DNA of 41,648 nt from Candidatus Nanohaloarchaea archaeon (GCA_046497485.1 JAWOFP010000009.1:1-41648); one strand, 5' to 3'. Positions 10,372 through 19,868 are shown, counted from the stretch's first letter. The notes: generated by a model from the letters alone, not told the origin. Numbers and translations are program-made.

Positions 10372-10473
10372 TTATTTAATCAGTTTGATCCAGGTAAAAA
10401 TGGTATTAGTAAACTTCATAGCAGCTGCTGACATAGAAAAATTACAGACTGAGTTTCCAGCTGCCATACTCAT
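10372..10473 (-). other. Putative 33-aa leader peptide (uORF) with a hairpin over its stop
   Basis: MSMAAGNSVCNFSMSAAAMKFTNTIFTWIKLIK*; TTTTTAATA about 27 nt upstream of its ATG; GGATCAAA/TTTGATCC stem at 10364-10371 and 10384-10391. Confidence 0.45.
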
Positions 10474-10504
10474 GTAACTTTATTAGAAAGGTTAGTATTA
10501 AAAA

Positions 10505-11914
10505 TTAATTGACTTTTCTATGAAGCTCCTTCACAAATTCCGATAGCTCCCGCACATCATGCATTAAGTCCTCGAACTCATCTTCAGTTACATTTTGCTC
10601 GTCCATCCCCTGGATAACCATTTCGACGTCTGAGAGTCTTTCTTCCAAGGTCTTCAGCTCTTCTACCTTCTGCTCGACATCATCTAGATCATCGACTTTA
10701 TGCTCTAGGTACTTCATCGTGTCCTTGAGCCTTCCAAACTCTGAGACTCCTTCCTTATCGATCTCTGCAATTACTTCTTCTACATCATCTTGGCGATCTT
10801 CAAGAGCTTCTAAGGCCTCCCATAAGGCCCTGATTTCTTTGCTTGTCGCATATTTGGACGACATCTTGTCTTTGAGACCCTCTACATCCTGATTGATCTC
10901 TCTCCTGATATCCTCCATTCTTTCATTGAAGCTCTGTTCCTCTACAATATCTTTGGCTTCTAAGTTATCGATGCTCTGCTCCAGCCCGTTAAATTCATTT
11001 TGTACAGACTGAACTTTGTCTCCCATGTTCTCAAGCTTGTCCTCAAACTCTGCTTCGCTCGGCTTGTTGGAATCAACTGTCTCAATCTTATCCTCCAGCA
11101 TTTCTAGTGAAGCCCATAGGCTGCCGACTTCGCTCTTGTCTGGAGTTTCTTCCTCAATATTGTTTGCCTTCTCTTCAACTAACTGTTCTAGTTCATCCTT
11201 GAACTCTGCAATCTTAGTATGTAGCTCTGATCTATCGACTTTTTCCTCAATCTGAATATCTTTAATCTTTTTCTCTAGTGCAGGATGGCCTTCGTTGAAC
11301 TTGCGCTCGAACTCCTCAATCTTATCGTTAAACCGTGACTTATCGACTTTTTCCTCGACGGCTGCAGTCTCTGCCATTTCATGGACTTCTTCAAGTCTAG
11401 ACTCCATAGAATCCATTCGATTTTCTAAGGCCTCATTCTCCTCAATTTTATCCTGAAGCTTCTGCTCCAAGTCTTCCATCTCTTCTTCTAAGGCCTGTTT
11501 CTGACTTATCTTAGTCTCGAGCTCAGCCTCTAAAGTATCGAATCTTTCTCTGAGAACTTCTGCGTCCTGAATCTTCTCCTCCAAACTTTGGAGGCGTTCG
11601 TCTTCAATATCTTCAGCCTGAATATTCATCTCCTGTTCAGGCCTCTCAACTTCTTGGTTCTGTAACTCTTCAACTCTCTCCTCTAATGCTTCAAGCCTTG
11701 AAAGAATCTCCTCAGAGTTAGATGGGCCCTCGCTTTCCTCTGATTCAGAATCCAGCGATTCCGATAGCTCGGAGTGCTTCTGCTTCAAATCTTGCATCTC
11801 TCGCTTCAGTCTATCGATCTCATCGTTGGAGACATCAATATCTGAACTTTCTTGTATCTCTGAAATGCCTTCAGATACTGACTGTTCGAGTTCCGAGGAG
11901 TTGAATAAGCTCAT
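10505..11914 (-). CDS. Long acidic coiled-coil protein
   Basis: 469 aa of heptad-like E/L/K-rich sequence with internal repeats; no ATPase motif, signal peptide or TM segment. Confidence 0.8.
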   Translation of the reverse strand: MSLFNSSELEQSVSEGISEIQESSDIDVSNDEIDRLKREMQDLKQKHSELSESLDSESEESEGPSNSEEILSRLEALEERVEELQNQEVERPEQEMNIQAEDIEDERLQSLEEKIQDAEVLRERFDTLEAELETKISQKQALEEEMEDLEQKLQDKIEENEALENRMDSMESRLEEVHEMAETAAVEEKVDKSRFNDKIEEFERKFNEGHPALEKKIKDIQIEEKVDRSELHTKIAEFKDELEQLVEEKANNIEEETPDKSEVGSLWASLEMLEDKIETVDSNKPSEAEFEDKLENMGDKVQSVQNEFNGLEQSIDNLEAKDIVEEQSFNERMEDIRREINQDVEGLKDKMSSKYATSKEIRALWEALEALEDRQDDVEEVIAEIDKEGVSEFGRLKDTMKYLEHKVDDLDDVEQKVEELKTLEERLSDVEMVIQGMDEQNVTEDEFEDLMHDVRELSEFVKELHRKVN

Positions 11915-11968
11915 ATTTTAACCACTTTTTAGAGTTCTAACCTTGGATTATGTTTCCTTGTTTAAATT

Positions 11969-12922
11969 TCATGCCCGGTCAAGGAACACTGGATCACCTT
12001 CATCCAATACTTTTTCATCATCGAAAAAGACTGTAGGATCTTCTGAGATTGTATCCCAGTGAATTTTACATGGATTAGCACCTTCATCCGTAATGTAGGA
12101 AGTATTATCTCCAAAAGCTATGTGTATCGTACCTAAAACCTTTTCATCCTGTAAGACATTCCCAATCAAGGTTGCTTCTTTATTAGTCCCGAAACCGAAC
12201 TCTGCCACAGTCCTCGCACCTTCAATATTCTCGAAGGCCTCTAAAAGCTCCGATTCCTCGCTGTCAGGATGTCTAACAGCTACAGCTTTATTATCCTTTA
12301 TCTCAATTTCAGTGCCTTGCGGCGCAAAAGGAAAATGATCGACAACTAAGGTTCCATTGGCGTTTACTGCGCCGCCGTCAGCCTCTCCAGCAGGAAGATT
12401 ACCAAACTCACCCGAATCATGGATCAGGCCTGTATCAGTGTGGAAATAATCAATATTGATTTCAAGCTCTAGATCTGTGCCTGAAGGAGTTGTAATCCTT
12501 ACCTTATCCGTATTCTCTAGAAGTTCGTAGACTTTCTCTGAAATATATGCAACCTGATCGTAGTCCGCCTGTAGACTTGTGTTCCAGATCTCTTTATTGA
12601 TTCCTGGCATTGTTGCTACTCGAGCCCCTGCTTCACAGGCCTCGGTTCTAGCATCTGTATGAGAAATCGATTTCTTTGTAGGAGCAATCACGACATCAAA
12701 ATCTTTCATCGCATCAGCGACTTCCTCAGGCGGCTCCTCACCATGGTTCTCCGGCTCATCGTATTCCTTGTAAGCAACTAACTGGGCTTTATCCTGGGCC
12801 TGTTCCATCAATGCATCCAGTAAATCTTGGTCATTTCCATCGTTCAGAATTAAAACTTGTTCATCTTTCTGGATATTCAAGCATTGATTGATTACAGTCT
12901 CCGCTCCTTCTTTCAGACTCAT
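11969..12922 (-). CDS. Aminopeptidase, short M29-like
   Basis: SISHT, ATMPG, GNLPAGEA, AEFGFG, DEKVLGTIHIAFG, IHWD. Confidence 0.9.
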   Translation of the reverse strand: MSLKEGAETVINQCLNIQKDEQVLILNDGNDQDLLDALMEQAQDKAQLVAYKEYDEPENHGEEPPEEVADAMKDFDVVIAPTKKSISHTDARTEACEAGARVATMPGINKEIWNTSLQADYDQVAYISEKVYELLENTDKVRITTPSGTDLELEINIDYFHTDTGLIHDSGEFGNLPAGEADGGAVNANGTLVVDHFPFAPQGTEIEIKDNKAVAVRHPDSEESELLEAFENIEGARTVAEFGFGTNKEATLIGNVLQDEKVLGTIHIAFGDNTSYITDEGANPCKIHWDTISEDPTVFFDDEKVLDEGDPVFLDRA

Positions 12923-12993
12923 ACATAATCTTGTATATCTTTAATTACAAAGGTTTCGATTCTTAAGCTTCAGAAACTAATTTTAAGGCCTCT

Positions 12994-13695
12994 ATGAAAG
13001 ACTCCGAAATTGTAGACGAACCAAGTTTTGAGGCCGCCGAAATAATAAATCAGGGAGAGAAAATATCCGAATCCTTCTACCGAGACATATACAGGAAAAA
13101 TAATGAAGTAGTGAAAGTCTTGAAACAAGGCCTGAGGACCGATCAGATGAAGAGAATAGGAACCTATCTACCTGAAAACCTGGTGCCTGAAACAGTTGTG
13201 AGGACAGAAGACTTATCCGATACAGGGATTTATTCAGGGCATCACACAGTCATATACCAAGACCGCTTTGATGAAAGATTAGATGAAAGACTTGAGGCCT
13301 CGGACCAATGCGAGTTAGGCGATCTAATTTATCTGCTTGACAGGATAGTCGATGAAGACGCAGTTATGACTGACCCTGTAGTTGAGAACTTCAACTACTT
13401 CAAAGAAGATGATGAGTTTCTTGATGGCATGCTTAAGCCCAGCGATATCTGCGATATAGAGTCAATGAAGAAATTACCCGACTCATTCGAGAGAGAAAAT
13501 ATTCAGGAGTCCTATATCGAGGAAGTCGAAAAGATGTATGAAGAAGCCATAATTTCGGTGAACTATAACACAGATCTCACAATGGGAGAAATTGGAGAAA
13601 TATTTGGAGAAACATCTAGATATATACATAAAGTAAGTTTTAGATCTAAGCTAGCTCTTGACGAATGGCCTGAAATTGAGGTATTCCGGCAATAA
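12994..13695 (+). CDS. Hypothetical protein, possibly a divergent protein-kinase-like fold
   Basis: Acidic 233-aa ORF with IYR..VVKV, DPVVEN (DxxxxN) and a downstream SDICD. Confidence 0.6.
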   Translation: MKDSEIVDEPSFEAAEIINQGEKISESFYRDIYRKNNEVVKVLKQGLRTDQMKRIGTYLPENLVPETVVRTEDLSDTGIYSGHHTVIYQDRFDERLDERLEASDQCELGDLIYLLDRIVDEDAVMTDPVVENFNYFKEDDEFLDGMLKPSDICDIESMKKLPDSFERENIQESYIEEVEKMYEEAIISVNYNTDLTMGEIGEIFGETSRYIHKVSFRSKLALDEWPEIEVFRQ

Positions 13696-13700
13696 AAAAT

Positions 13701-13898
13701 TTATCTTAGGCGAGCGCCTGTGCCTCTACCCAAATCTGTGAACTCTAGCTTTCCTTCACGGGCTAACCAGCCTAGCGCCATATTCACTTTTGACTGACTT
13801 CCTTCTACTTCGCGTGAAATCTGGCTTAAAGAGGCCTCTTCAACTTCCTCTAGAAAACTGTGGACTTCTCCTGCAAGCTCTCCGATAGTATGCTCCAT
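13701..13898 (-). CDS. Winged-helix protein (DUF2582-like)
   Basis: IGELAGEV...MALGWLAREGKL signature. Confidence 0.85.
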   Translation of the reverse strand: MEHTIGELAGEVHSFLEEVEEASLSQISREVEGSQSKVNMALGWLAREGKLEFTDLGRGTGARLR

Positions 13899-13937
13899 AA
13901 ACCAAGTTTTCAGTTCTTTAATTAAATAACTAGGCCT

Positions 13938-14153
13938 TTATTCTTTCTCCGGCATTGCGCACTGATCGCACCTACCAGTTCCCCAGCCTAGAATCAAAGC
14001 TCCTAGAACTGTCAGGATCTGAAATGAGGCAGGATGCAGAACAGTTGGATCTACTAGTAATTGGAGGAAGAATCCAATCATAAAGACTGTAAGGCCTATA
14101 GCCATGAAATAACCATGATTGTATTCCATGAGCTTCTTCTGAATTATATTCAT
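13938..14153 (-). CDS. Small membrane protein
   Basis: Two TM helices and a C-terminal CDQC; TTTTATC about 27 nt upstream. Confidence 0.65.
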   Translation of the reverse strand: MNIIQKKLMEYNHGYFMAIGLTVFMIGFFLQLLVDPTVLHPASFQILTVLGALILGWGTGRCDQCAMPEKE

Positions 14154-14189
14154 AACCCTTTATTCGCTAGAGTAGTTGATAAAACCACA

Positions 14190-14208
14190 GATATAACAGC
14201 CTTATATC
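14190..14208 (+). repeat. 19-bp palindromic site GATATAA-CAGCC-TTATATC, copy 1 (dif-like site or operator)
   Basis: Exact reverse complement of 20601-20619; intergenic. Confidence 0.8.
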
Positions 14209-14276
14209 AAGATTCATGACTTCCCTTCTATCAAGATAAATTAGTAAATAAAATTTATCTGACAAAATAAATTCAG

Positions 14277-14612
14277 ATGGCTAAGCAGTCAAAGGCCCAA
14301 CAAATACAATTTTTCGAATACTGTCTACTCCCAGAATACGAGGCAGACACTTCTCAAATTGATTTAAGAGCAGAAGTAGATGCAACACTCACAACTGGAG
14401 AAAACTGGGAAAACCTAGACAAAAAATACGGCATTTCAGGCCTAAACCATAATCGACAGGACTACCAGGAAATGAGCTGGAACCACCTAGCAAACAAAGT
14501 ACTCGACGAGACAGGATACAAACCAGAAACTGAAGAACTCAAAGAACTAGGAAACGAAGGCCTGCTAAACCCTCCACAGAAAGATCAGATAGTCTCAAGA
14601 TTCGCAGACTAA
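14277..14612 (+). CDS. Hypothetical protein
   Basis: 111-aa acidic ORF (IDLRAEVDATLTTGENWENL); no function recognised. Confidence 0.7.
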   Translation: MAKQSKAQQIQFFEYCLLPEYEADTSQIDLRAEVDATLTTGENWENLDKKYGISGLNHNRQDYQEMSWNHLANKVLDETGYKPETEELKELGNEGLLNPPQKDQIVSRFAD

Positions 14613-14655
14613 CACTCAATACATAACATTCACCTATACAAAACTCAAATACTAG

Positions 14656-14730
14656 GCCTCGTTGGCTCAGCCTGGCTAGAGCGGTTCCCTCGTAAGGAAC
14701 AGGTCCCGGGTTCAAATCCCGGACGGGGCT
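14656..14730 (+). tRNA. tRNA-Thr(CGT)
   Basis: Acceptor GCCTCGT/ACGGGGC, D arm GCTC/GAGC, anticodon arm GTTCC-CT CGT AA-GGAAC, T arm CCGGG-TTCAAAT-CCCGG, discriminator T; no intron, CCA not encoded. Confidence 0.97.
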
Positions 14731-15370
14731 AGCCAATTTTTTCTTCTATCTGCTTTCTTGAGGCCTTTATTTTTTCTAGGATTTCTTCTGATCTTTCTGA
14801 TAGGTAGGCCTGTCCTAGTGTTGCGACTATGAGCGCTCCTAGTGAGTTGAACATCATGTCTTTCATTGTGTCTTCTAGTCCGTGTTGGGCGAGCGGCATT
14901 GATGTCTGTGTTATGTCCGCGATTATGTCGAGCCCGAATTCGAATAGTTCCCATACTACTCCGAATGCTATTACTGTCAGGAGGATGAATACGAACATGA
15001 ATTTGTCAGGCAGGTAGATTTCGTCTGAGTGAAGGTCTACTGCTCTTATGACTGTGTAGCCGGCTCCGGCAAGTAGAGAGGCGGAGAGTGCGTGTGTCAT
15101 GTGATCCCACCACCATACCGACCCGTAGAACCCGAAGCTCCCAAGTGCGTGGAAGAACACAGCTGAAGCAATCCAGAGCGATAGGAAAGGATTCACAGTT
15201 ACATCATATCTTCTATTCAACAAAGCGGGTGCAAAAGTTACAACCAGTCCAAGGCCTGCGTTAGTTATTACTTTTGTACTTCCGTTATAGAGGCCTGAAG
15301 CAAAGAGTATAGCTAATAGTGTCTGCATTAATCTCGCGGTTCGGGCTTTATTTTTCTGAGAGTATTTCAT
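14729..15370 (-). CDS. Membrane protein, DUF2238/YjdF-like
   Basis: FFHALG, WWDHMTH, WELFEF, DTMKDMMFN; its stop codon overlaps the tRNA 3' end. Confidence 0.75.
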   Translation of the reverse strand: MKYSQKNKARTARLMQTLLAILFASGLYNGSTKVITNAGLGLVVTFAPALLNRRYDVTVNPFLSLWIASAVFFHALGSFGFYGSVWWWDHMTHALSASLLAGAGYTVIRAVDLHSDEIYLPDKFMFVFILLTVIAFGVVWELFEFGLDIIADITQTSMPLAQHGLEDTMKDMMFNSLGALIVATLGQAYLSERSEEILEKIKASRKQIEEKIG

Positions 15371-15963
15371 CTCTTTATCACCATTCTAATTATTTTTCTG
15401 AAGATTTTATCTCTTCTTGTAAAGTAGAGGTCGAATACTACTCCTGCTAGTAGGCCTGCGGCTGTCGCATTGATGAATTCATACATTAAGTCCTCATTTG
15501 TTGTCAGGAAACCGGTTCCCGTATGAATATCCAGATTATATCTTAGTATTGCCCATAGGCCTGCTACTGCGAGCGTAGCCGTTACTGTAAACATTATCGA
15601 GAATGTATGATTGAACTCGACTGAAGTAAATACTTGAAGCTCTACTGCTATAATCAGTGCCATAGCCGCCATCGCAAAGTAAGTAGCGACCTGATTCGAT
15701 AGGAATGATATCTGTAAGGTCCTGACTATCACCGGTATTGCTGCTAGGCCTAGTACTTCCCAAGGCGGCATCACTCTTGGATTTCTGAAACTGTAAATCG
15801 GTAAAGCAATTAAAGCAGTCATAGCCCCGGTAAAGGCAATCCATAGAATATCGAAGTTTAGTATGCTTTCAAAAAGTGCTGAGACAATCAGAGCGGTTAT
15901 TATCCAGGCAAGATACATGTTGATCTTGGTGTCTCTGAAAAAATCCTCAAAGGCCATAACCAA
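15367..15963 (-). CDS. Membrane protein, probable degenerate paralogue of the neighbour
   Basis: About 6 TM segments; LWAILRY...EDLMYEFIN aligns loosely with VWELFEF...DTMKDMMFN; ATGA overlap. Confidence 0.7.
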   Translation of the reverse strand: MVMAFEDFFRDTKINMYLAWIITALIVSALFESILNFDILWIAFTGAMTALIALPIYSFRNPRVMPPWEVLGLAAIPVIVRTLQISFLSNQVATYFAMAAMALIIAVELQVFTSVEFNHTFSIMFTVTATLAVAGLWAILRYNLDIHTGTGFLTTNEDLMYEFINATAAGLLAGVVFDLYFTRRDKIFRKIIRMVIKR

Positions 15964-16058
15964 AAATTATATTTTAGTAATTTAACCTTCATCCGCTCAC
16001 AGATCTGAGAAAATATCTAGGACATCCATCATTAGTGCGACTATCAGCGCCTATAGCT

Positions 16059-16274
16059 CTAGGCCTGATCCATGTTTGTTACCGCATAGAATGTCGCCAT
16101 AGACCCCATAATAAATGCTGAGACCCCCTGAATATTGGCGGAAACTAGGAATACCGGGATCTGAAAACCTAAATCTATTACAGGCAAAAATGAAGACTCA
16201 TTTGTTAACAGGGTTAGAACTCCGAAAAACTCTAGTACACTTGCAAAAGGTAGAATCATCAGGCCTTTGTTCAT
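16059..16274 (-). CDS. Small membrane protein
   Basis: 71-aa hydrophobic ORF; TTTAAA about 27 nt upstream. Confidence 0.55.
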   Translation of the reverse strand: MNKGLMILPFASVLEFFGVLTLLTNESSFLPVIDLGFQIPVFLVSANIQGVSAFIMGSMATFYAVTNMDQA

Positions 16275-16302
16275 AACTCAGACTTCTAAGATAGATTTTA
16301 AA

Positions 16303-17463
16303 TTATTCATACCTCAGGGCGTCAGCAGGATCCAAGTTGGAAGCTCTTCTAGAAGGAAGATAACCTGAAATAAGACCTAGTAATGTGGCAAATCCAAGCG
16401 CACCTATAATTAATCCTGGAGAATATCCTCTTGCGATTGCTACAGGACTGAACTCTGAGGCCGCATAGACGACTATCTCACTTATCCCGATTCCAATTAA
16501 GACCCCTATAATCCCTCCTATAAGCCCTATGAGGCCTGATTCTATCAAGAAAAGCATTCTTATCTGTCTCTTTGAAGCGCCAATCGCTTTTAGAACTCCA
16601 ATTTCCTGAGTTCTTTCATTGATTGACATATACATCGTGTTCATGATCCCAATCCCGCCAACCAGCAATGCGATGCTTGCAAGGCCTACGACAATTCCCT
16701 GAACAACGCCTAAAATACTGGTTAAGGCCTCCAATACATCTTGTGGAGTGGTCACATCGAAGTCTTCATCCCCTTCATCGACGTTTCTATCCTCCCTCAT
16801 CTCTTCCTCTATATTCTCCCTAACTTCGTCCTGTGTGAATCCTGGATCAACTATCGCCACTATCTGCGATAAGTCATCGTCTGCATCCCAGATATTTCTT
16901 GCTCTTTCTAGGCTGATTATCATGCTGTTCTGGAACTGGGGCTGGCCCGAGCTGTAAGTTCCTTGAACTCTGAAAGTCTCTTCCCGAATAGTTAACTGGC
17001 TTCTGATCCCTGGATCGTCTTCGTATAAACTACCTGCTTCAGTACTCAACATCGCGCTAGTTTTATCCACATTCCTCAGTTTTCTACCGTCCTCCAAAGT
17101 AAGTGGAAGGCCTGAAAAAGCAGTATCGAACTCCTGTAAGTCTGCTCCTGCTATCGTCAATGACTGTGTCTCTCCGCGGTAAGTTACCTGCCCGGTTCTC
17201 TGGTAGATGCCGGTCGCAGAATCTACTCCTCGAGCCCTTTCAATAACTTCTATATCCGAGTCACTTATTTCTCCCTGAACTATAACCTGATTCGACCCTA
17301 GGTCCTGGAACTCTTGAGTGATCGCAACCTCTAATCCTTGACCGAGCGAAACTAGAGAAACTACGGCTGCAATCCCTATGAAGACTCCTATAACCGTAAT
17401 CCAAGACTTCTTTCCTCGTCGCAGAGTGTTTCTAATCGCTAGCTTTGATAGGCCTAGTATCAT
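16303..17463 (-). CDS. ABC transporter permease, MacB/FtsX family
   Basis: TVIGVFIGIAAVV; VGGIGIMNTMYMSINERTQEIGVLKAIGA; RRASNLDPADALRYE. Confidence 0.95.
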   Translation of the reverse strand: MILGLSKLAIRNTLRRGKKSWITVIGVFIGIAAVVSLVSLGQGLEVAITQEFQDLGSNQVIVQGEISDSDIEVIERARGVDSATGIYQRTGQVTYRGETQSLTIAGADLQEFDTAFSGLPLTLEDGRKLRNVDKTSAMLSTEAGSLYEDDPGIRSQLTIREETFRVQGTYSSGQPQFQNSMIISLERARNIWDADDDLSQIVAIVDPGFTQDEVRENIEEEMREDRNVDEGDEDFDVTTPQDVLEALTSILGVVQGIVVGLASIALLVGGIGIMNTMYMSINERTQEIGVLKAIGASKRQIRMLFLIESGLIGLIGGIIGVLIGIGISEIVVYAASEFSPVAIARGYSPGLIIGALGFATLLGLISGYLPSRRASNLDPADALRYE

Positions 17464-18683
17464 TTCTGTCTGATCGCCTCCACAGGTTCAAGGTTCGCAG
17501 CTTTTCTTGCAGGAAGGAAACCGGAGAAAACTCCGAGGAAGAACGAAACAGCTAGCGTTCCTCCTATCAAAGTCCATGAAAAGCTTGGATAAAGCGGCGT
17601 GCCGACGAACTCTCTGATTATAAAGAATGAAATCTCTGTGAGCCCTAGGCCTATACCAATTCCTATTGTCCCTCCTATAAGGCCTAAAACTCCGGATTCT
17701 ATGAGGTATACGGTTAGTATCTGTTTTTTAGTCGCACCCATTGCCTTCATTATTCCAATCTCCTTTGTTCTCTCAGAGACAGACATATACATCGTGTTCA
17801 TGATTCCTAGGCCTCCGACAAATAAAGCGATGGAAACTATTCCCAGAATCACATACTGAACAACATCTAGAATTCCTAGAAATGATTCAAGTATGTCGTC
17901 AGCGGTCGAGACCGTGAAGTCTTCCTCTCCTTCCTGAACATTTCGCTCTCTTCTCAAAGATTCTTCGATATTTTCTGAGGTCTCTTCAGGCGTAGAGCCT
18001 GACGAAGGCTCAGCCAAAATATAATCAATCCTGTCGTCCGCATCCAAGATATCTCTAACCGACTCGATCGGCATCACAAGAGAACGATCGTATTCAGGAT
18101 CTCCTGACTCCGCTAGAAGGCCTACAACTCTGATCTTATTTTCATTAATTGTTATCTGAGATCTCAGGCCTACTTCGTTTTCGTATATACTTCCCTGATT
18201 CAAGTTATGTCCTGCGAGGCCTGAAAGCTGGTCCACGCTCCTGATGTTTCTGCCCGTCTCTACTTCGATGTTGTTAGCCCTCATGACTATATCCTGAGAT
18301 TCATCAGTTGGAACACCTATTAAAGGAACTCGCTGCTCTTCACCTTGGAACTCTCCTGCTGTTTGGGCGTTTATCACCGGACCCGCCACACCTACCCCTC
18401 TAGAATTTCTGACGGCATCTAAGTCATCGTCGCCTAAACCTTCTCCAGCCTGATCAGGTCCGCCGCCTGCAAGCCCTCCAAGGCCTGAACCCGGCAAAAC
18501 ATAGATAACATTAGCTCCTAAATCCTCGAACTGTTGTGTTACGGAGTCTTCCAGGCCTTGACCTAGTGAAAAAAGCGTGACGATAGCTGTGATACCTATT
18601 ATTATTCCTATGATTGTGAGCCAGGATCGCTTACCTCTTCTGAAAAGATTTTTTCCACTGAGCTCTGCTAGGTCAAGGATCAT
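17460..18683 (-). CDS. ABC transporter permease, MacB/FtsX family
   Basis: VGGLGIMNTMYMSVSERTKEIGIMKAMGA; ARKAANLEPVEAIR. Confidence 0.95.
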   Translation of the reverse strand: MILDLAELSGKNLFRRGKRSWLTIIGIIIGITAIVTLFSLGQGLEDSVTQQFEDLGANVIYVLPGSGLGGLAGGGPDQAGEGLGDDDLDAVRNSRGVGVAGPVINAQTAGEFQGEEQRVPLIGVPTDESQDIVMRANNIEVETGRNIRSVDQLSGLAGHNLNQGSIYENEVGLRSQITINENKIRVVGLLAESGDPEYDRSLVMPIESVRDILDADDRIDYILAEPSSGSTPEETSENIEESLRRERNVQEGEEDFTVSTADDILESFLGILDVVQYVILGIVSIALFVGGLGIMNTMYMSVSERTKEIGIMKAMGATKKQILTVYLIESGVLGLIGGTIGIGIGLGLTEISFFIIREFVGTPLYPSFSWTLIGGTLAVSFFLGVFSGFLPARKAANLEPVEAIRQK

Positions 18684-18689
18684 CGGATC

Positions 18690-19868
18690 TTACTCCTTTT
18701 TTCTTCTCTTTCTCCAGAAGTAGACTCCGCCAACCAAAGCTAGAACAACTACGATCGGAACGATTGGCAGGCCTCCATTCCCCCCAGTGTATCTCTGAAG
18801 CTCGCTGCTGGAATACATTTCTCTTTCCACCGTAAAGCTCTCGGTTTGATCTCCTTCCCCAGTCCTGTAATCGACAGTGACTGGCAGTTCGAGAGTTTCT
18901 CCTTCTTCTACATAGAGATCAAATTCCGCAGTCTGGTAGTCATCCGCAATCATTGTTCCGAGATAGATAGAGTCCTGTGAGAGAATCTCGTACTGATCTG
19001 ATTCTTGTAGGCCTACTTCCGCGAATCGTGCCTGGCCTTCTCCACGGTTCAAGATTCTAAGTGTTACTGTTCCTCTTCCCGCGCTTCTGATATCTGACTC
19101 ATCGATCGCGACATCGATGTTCGGATACCCTCCGACACTGACGCCCGTAGTTTGAGTCGTGGTAAATTCTTGGCCAGCCTGGTTCTGATAAGTAATTTCG
19201 ATCGGCAGCTGGTAGAGCTGGTTTTCCGCATCCTGATCCACATTCAAAGTAAAGGAAGCAGTCTCAGATTCTTCAGGGCCTACAGAGCTGATTCTTTTTC
19301 TGGAGGTTTCCTGAGGCGCTACTGGAAGCTCATCTACATTCAGGCTTACATCAATGTTTCTGAAGTTAGAGTTCGCCTGATTCTCTAAAGTAATATTCAT
19401 TTTAGATGAGCTACCTGGCTCAACCCTGTCAGGGAAGCTTAGGTCGCTTACAACCAGAGAACGGTCATCAGTTCTGACTTCTAATGGGATCTGTTCGGTG
19501 ATGAAAGTTTCATTATTGCTGGATTTCCTAATTTTCAGACTATTGTTGCCAAATACTGCGTTTTCATTGACTTTTACCTGGACCCTCATATCGTAGCTTT
19601 CTCCAGGTTGGAGGCCTCCTCTCGGACTCCACTCGCTTTTATCTGTAGCTTGATAAGGAAACTCGTCCACTACCTCAAATGTCGGATTTGAGGCCTCAGC
19701 GTTCCCAGTATTTGTTACACGGATCCATACATCTGCGTACTCTCCTGCCTGTAACGGCACAGGTTCTGTCTGTAGTACTTCCATTTCTAGGTTTGTTGTA
19801 GGGCCTTGCGCTGATGCGAGGCCTGAAAAAATTGTTAAAATTATCAGTATTCCGATTAAGCGTTTCAT
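18690..19868 (-). CDS. COG1361-type S-layer-domain surface protein
   Basis: Signal peptide, repeated Ig-like units (VTNTG, LENQA, ILNRG), C-terminal TM helix with RKRRKK; typical partner of this ABC type. Confidence 0.8.
   Translation of the reverse strand: MKRLIGILIILTIFSGLASAQGPTTNLEMEVLQTEPVPLQAGEYADVWIRVTNTGNAEASNPTFEVVDEFPYQATDKSEWSPRGGLQPGESYDMRVQVKVNENAVFGNNSLKIRKSSNNETFITEQIPLEVRTDDRSLVVSDLSFPDRVEPGSSSKMNITLENQANSNFRNIDVSLNVDELPVAPQETSRKRISSVGPEESETASFTLNVDQDAENQLYQLPIEITYQNQAGQEFTTTQTTGVSVGGYPNIDVAIDESDIRSAGRGTVTLRILNRGEGQARFAEVGLQESDQYEILSQDSIYLGTMIADDYQTAEFDLYVEEGETLELPVTVDYRTGEGDQTESFTVEREMYSSSELQRYTGGNGGLPIVPIVVVLALVGGVYFWRKRRKKE

Noticed and set aside
14539..14736. 65-aa ORF antisense to the tRNA
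   Set aside because: Typical tRNA shadow ORF (PVRDLNPGP).
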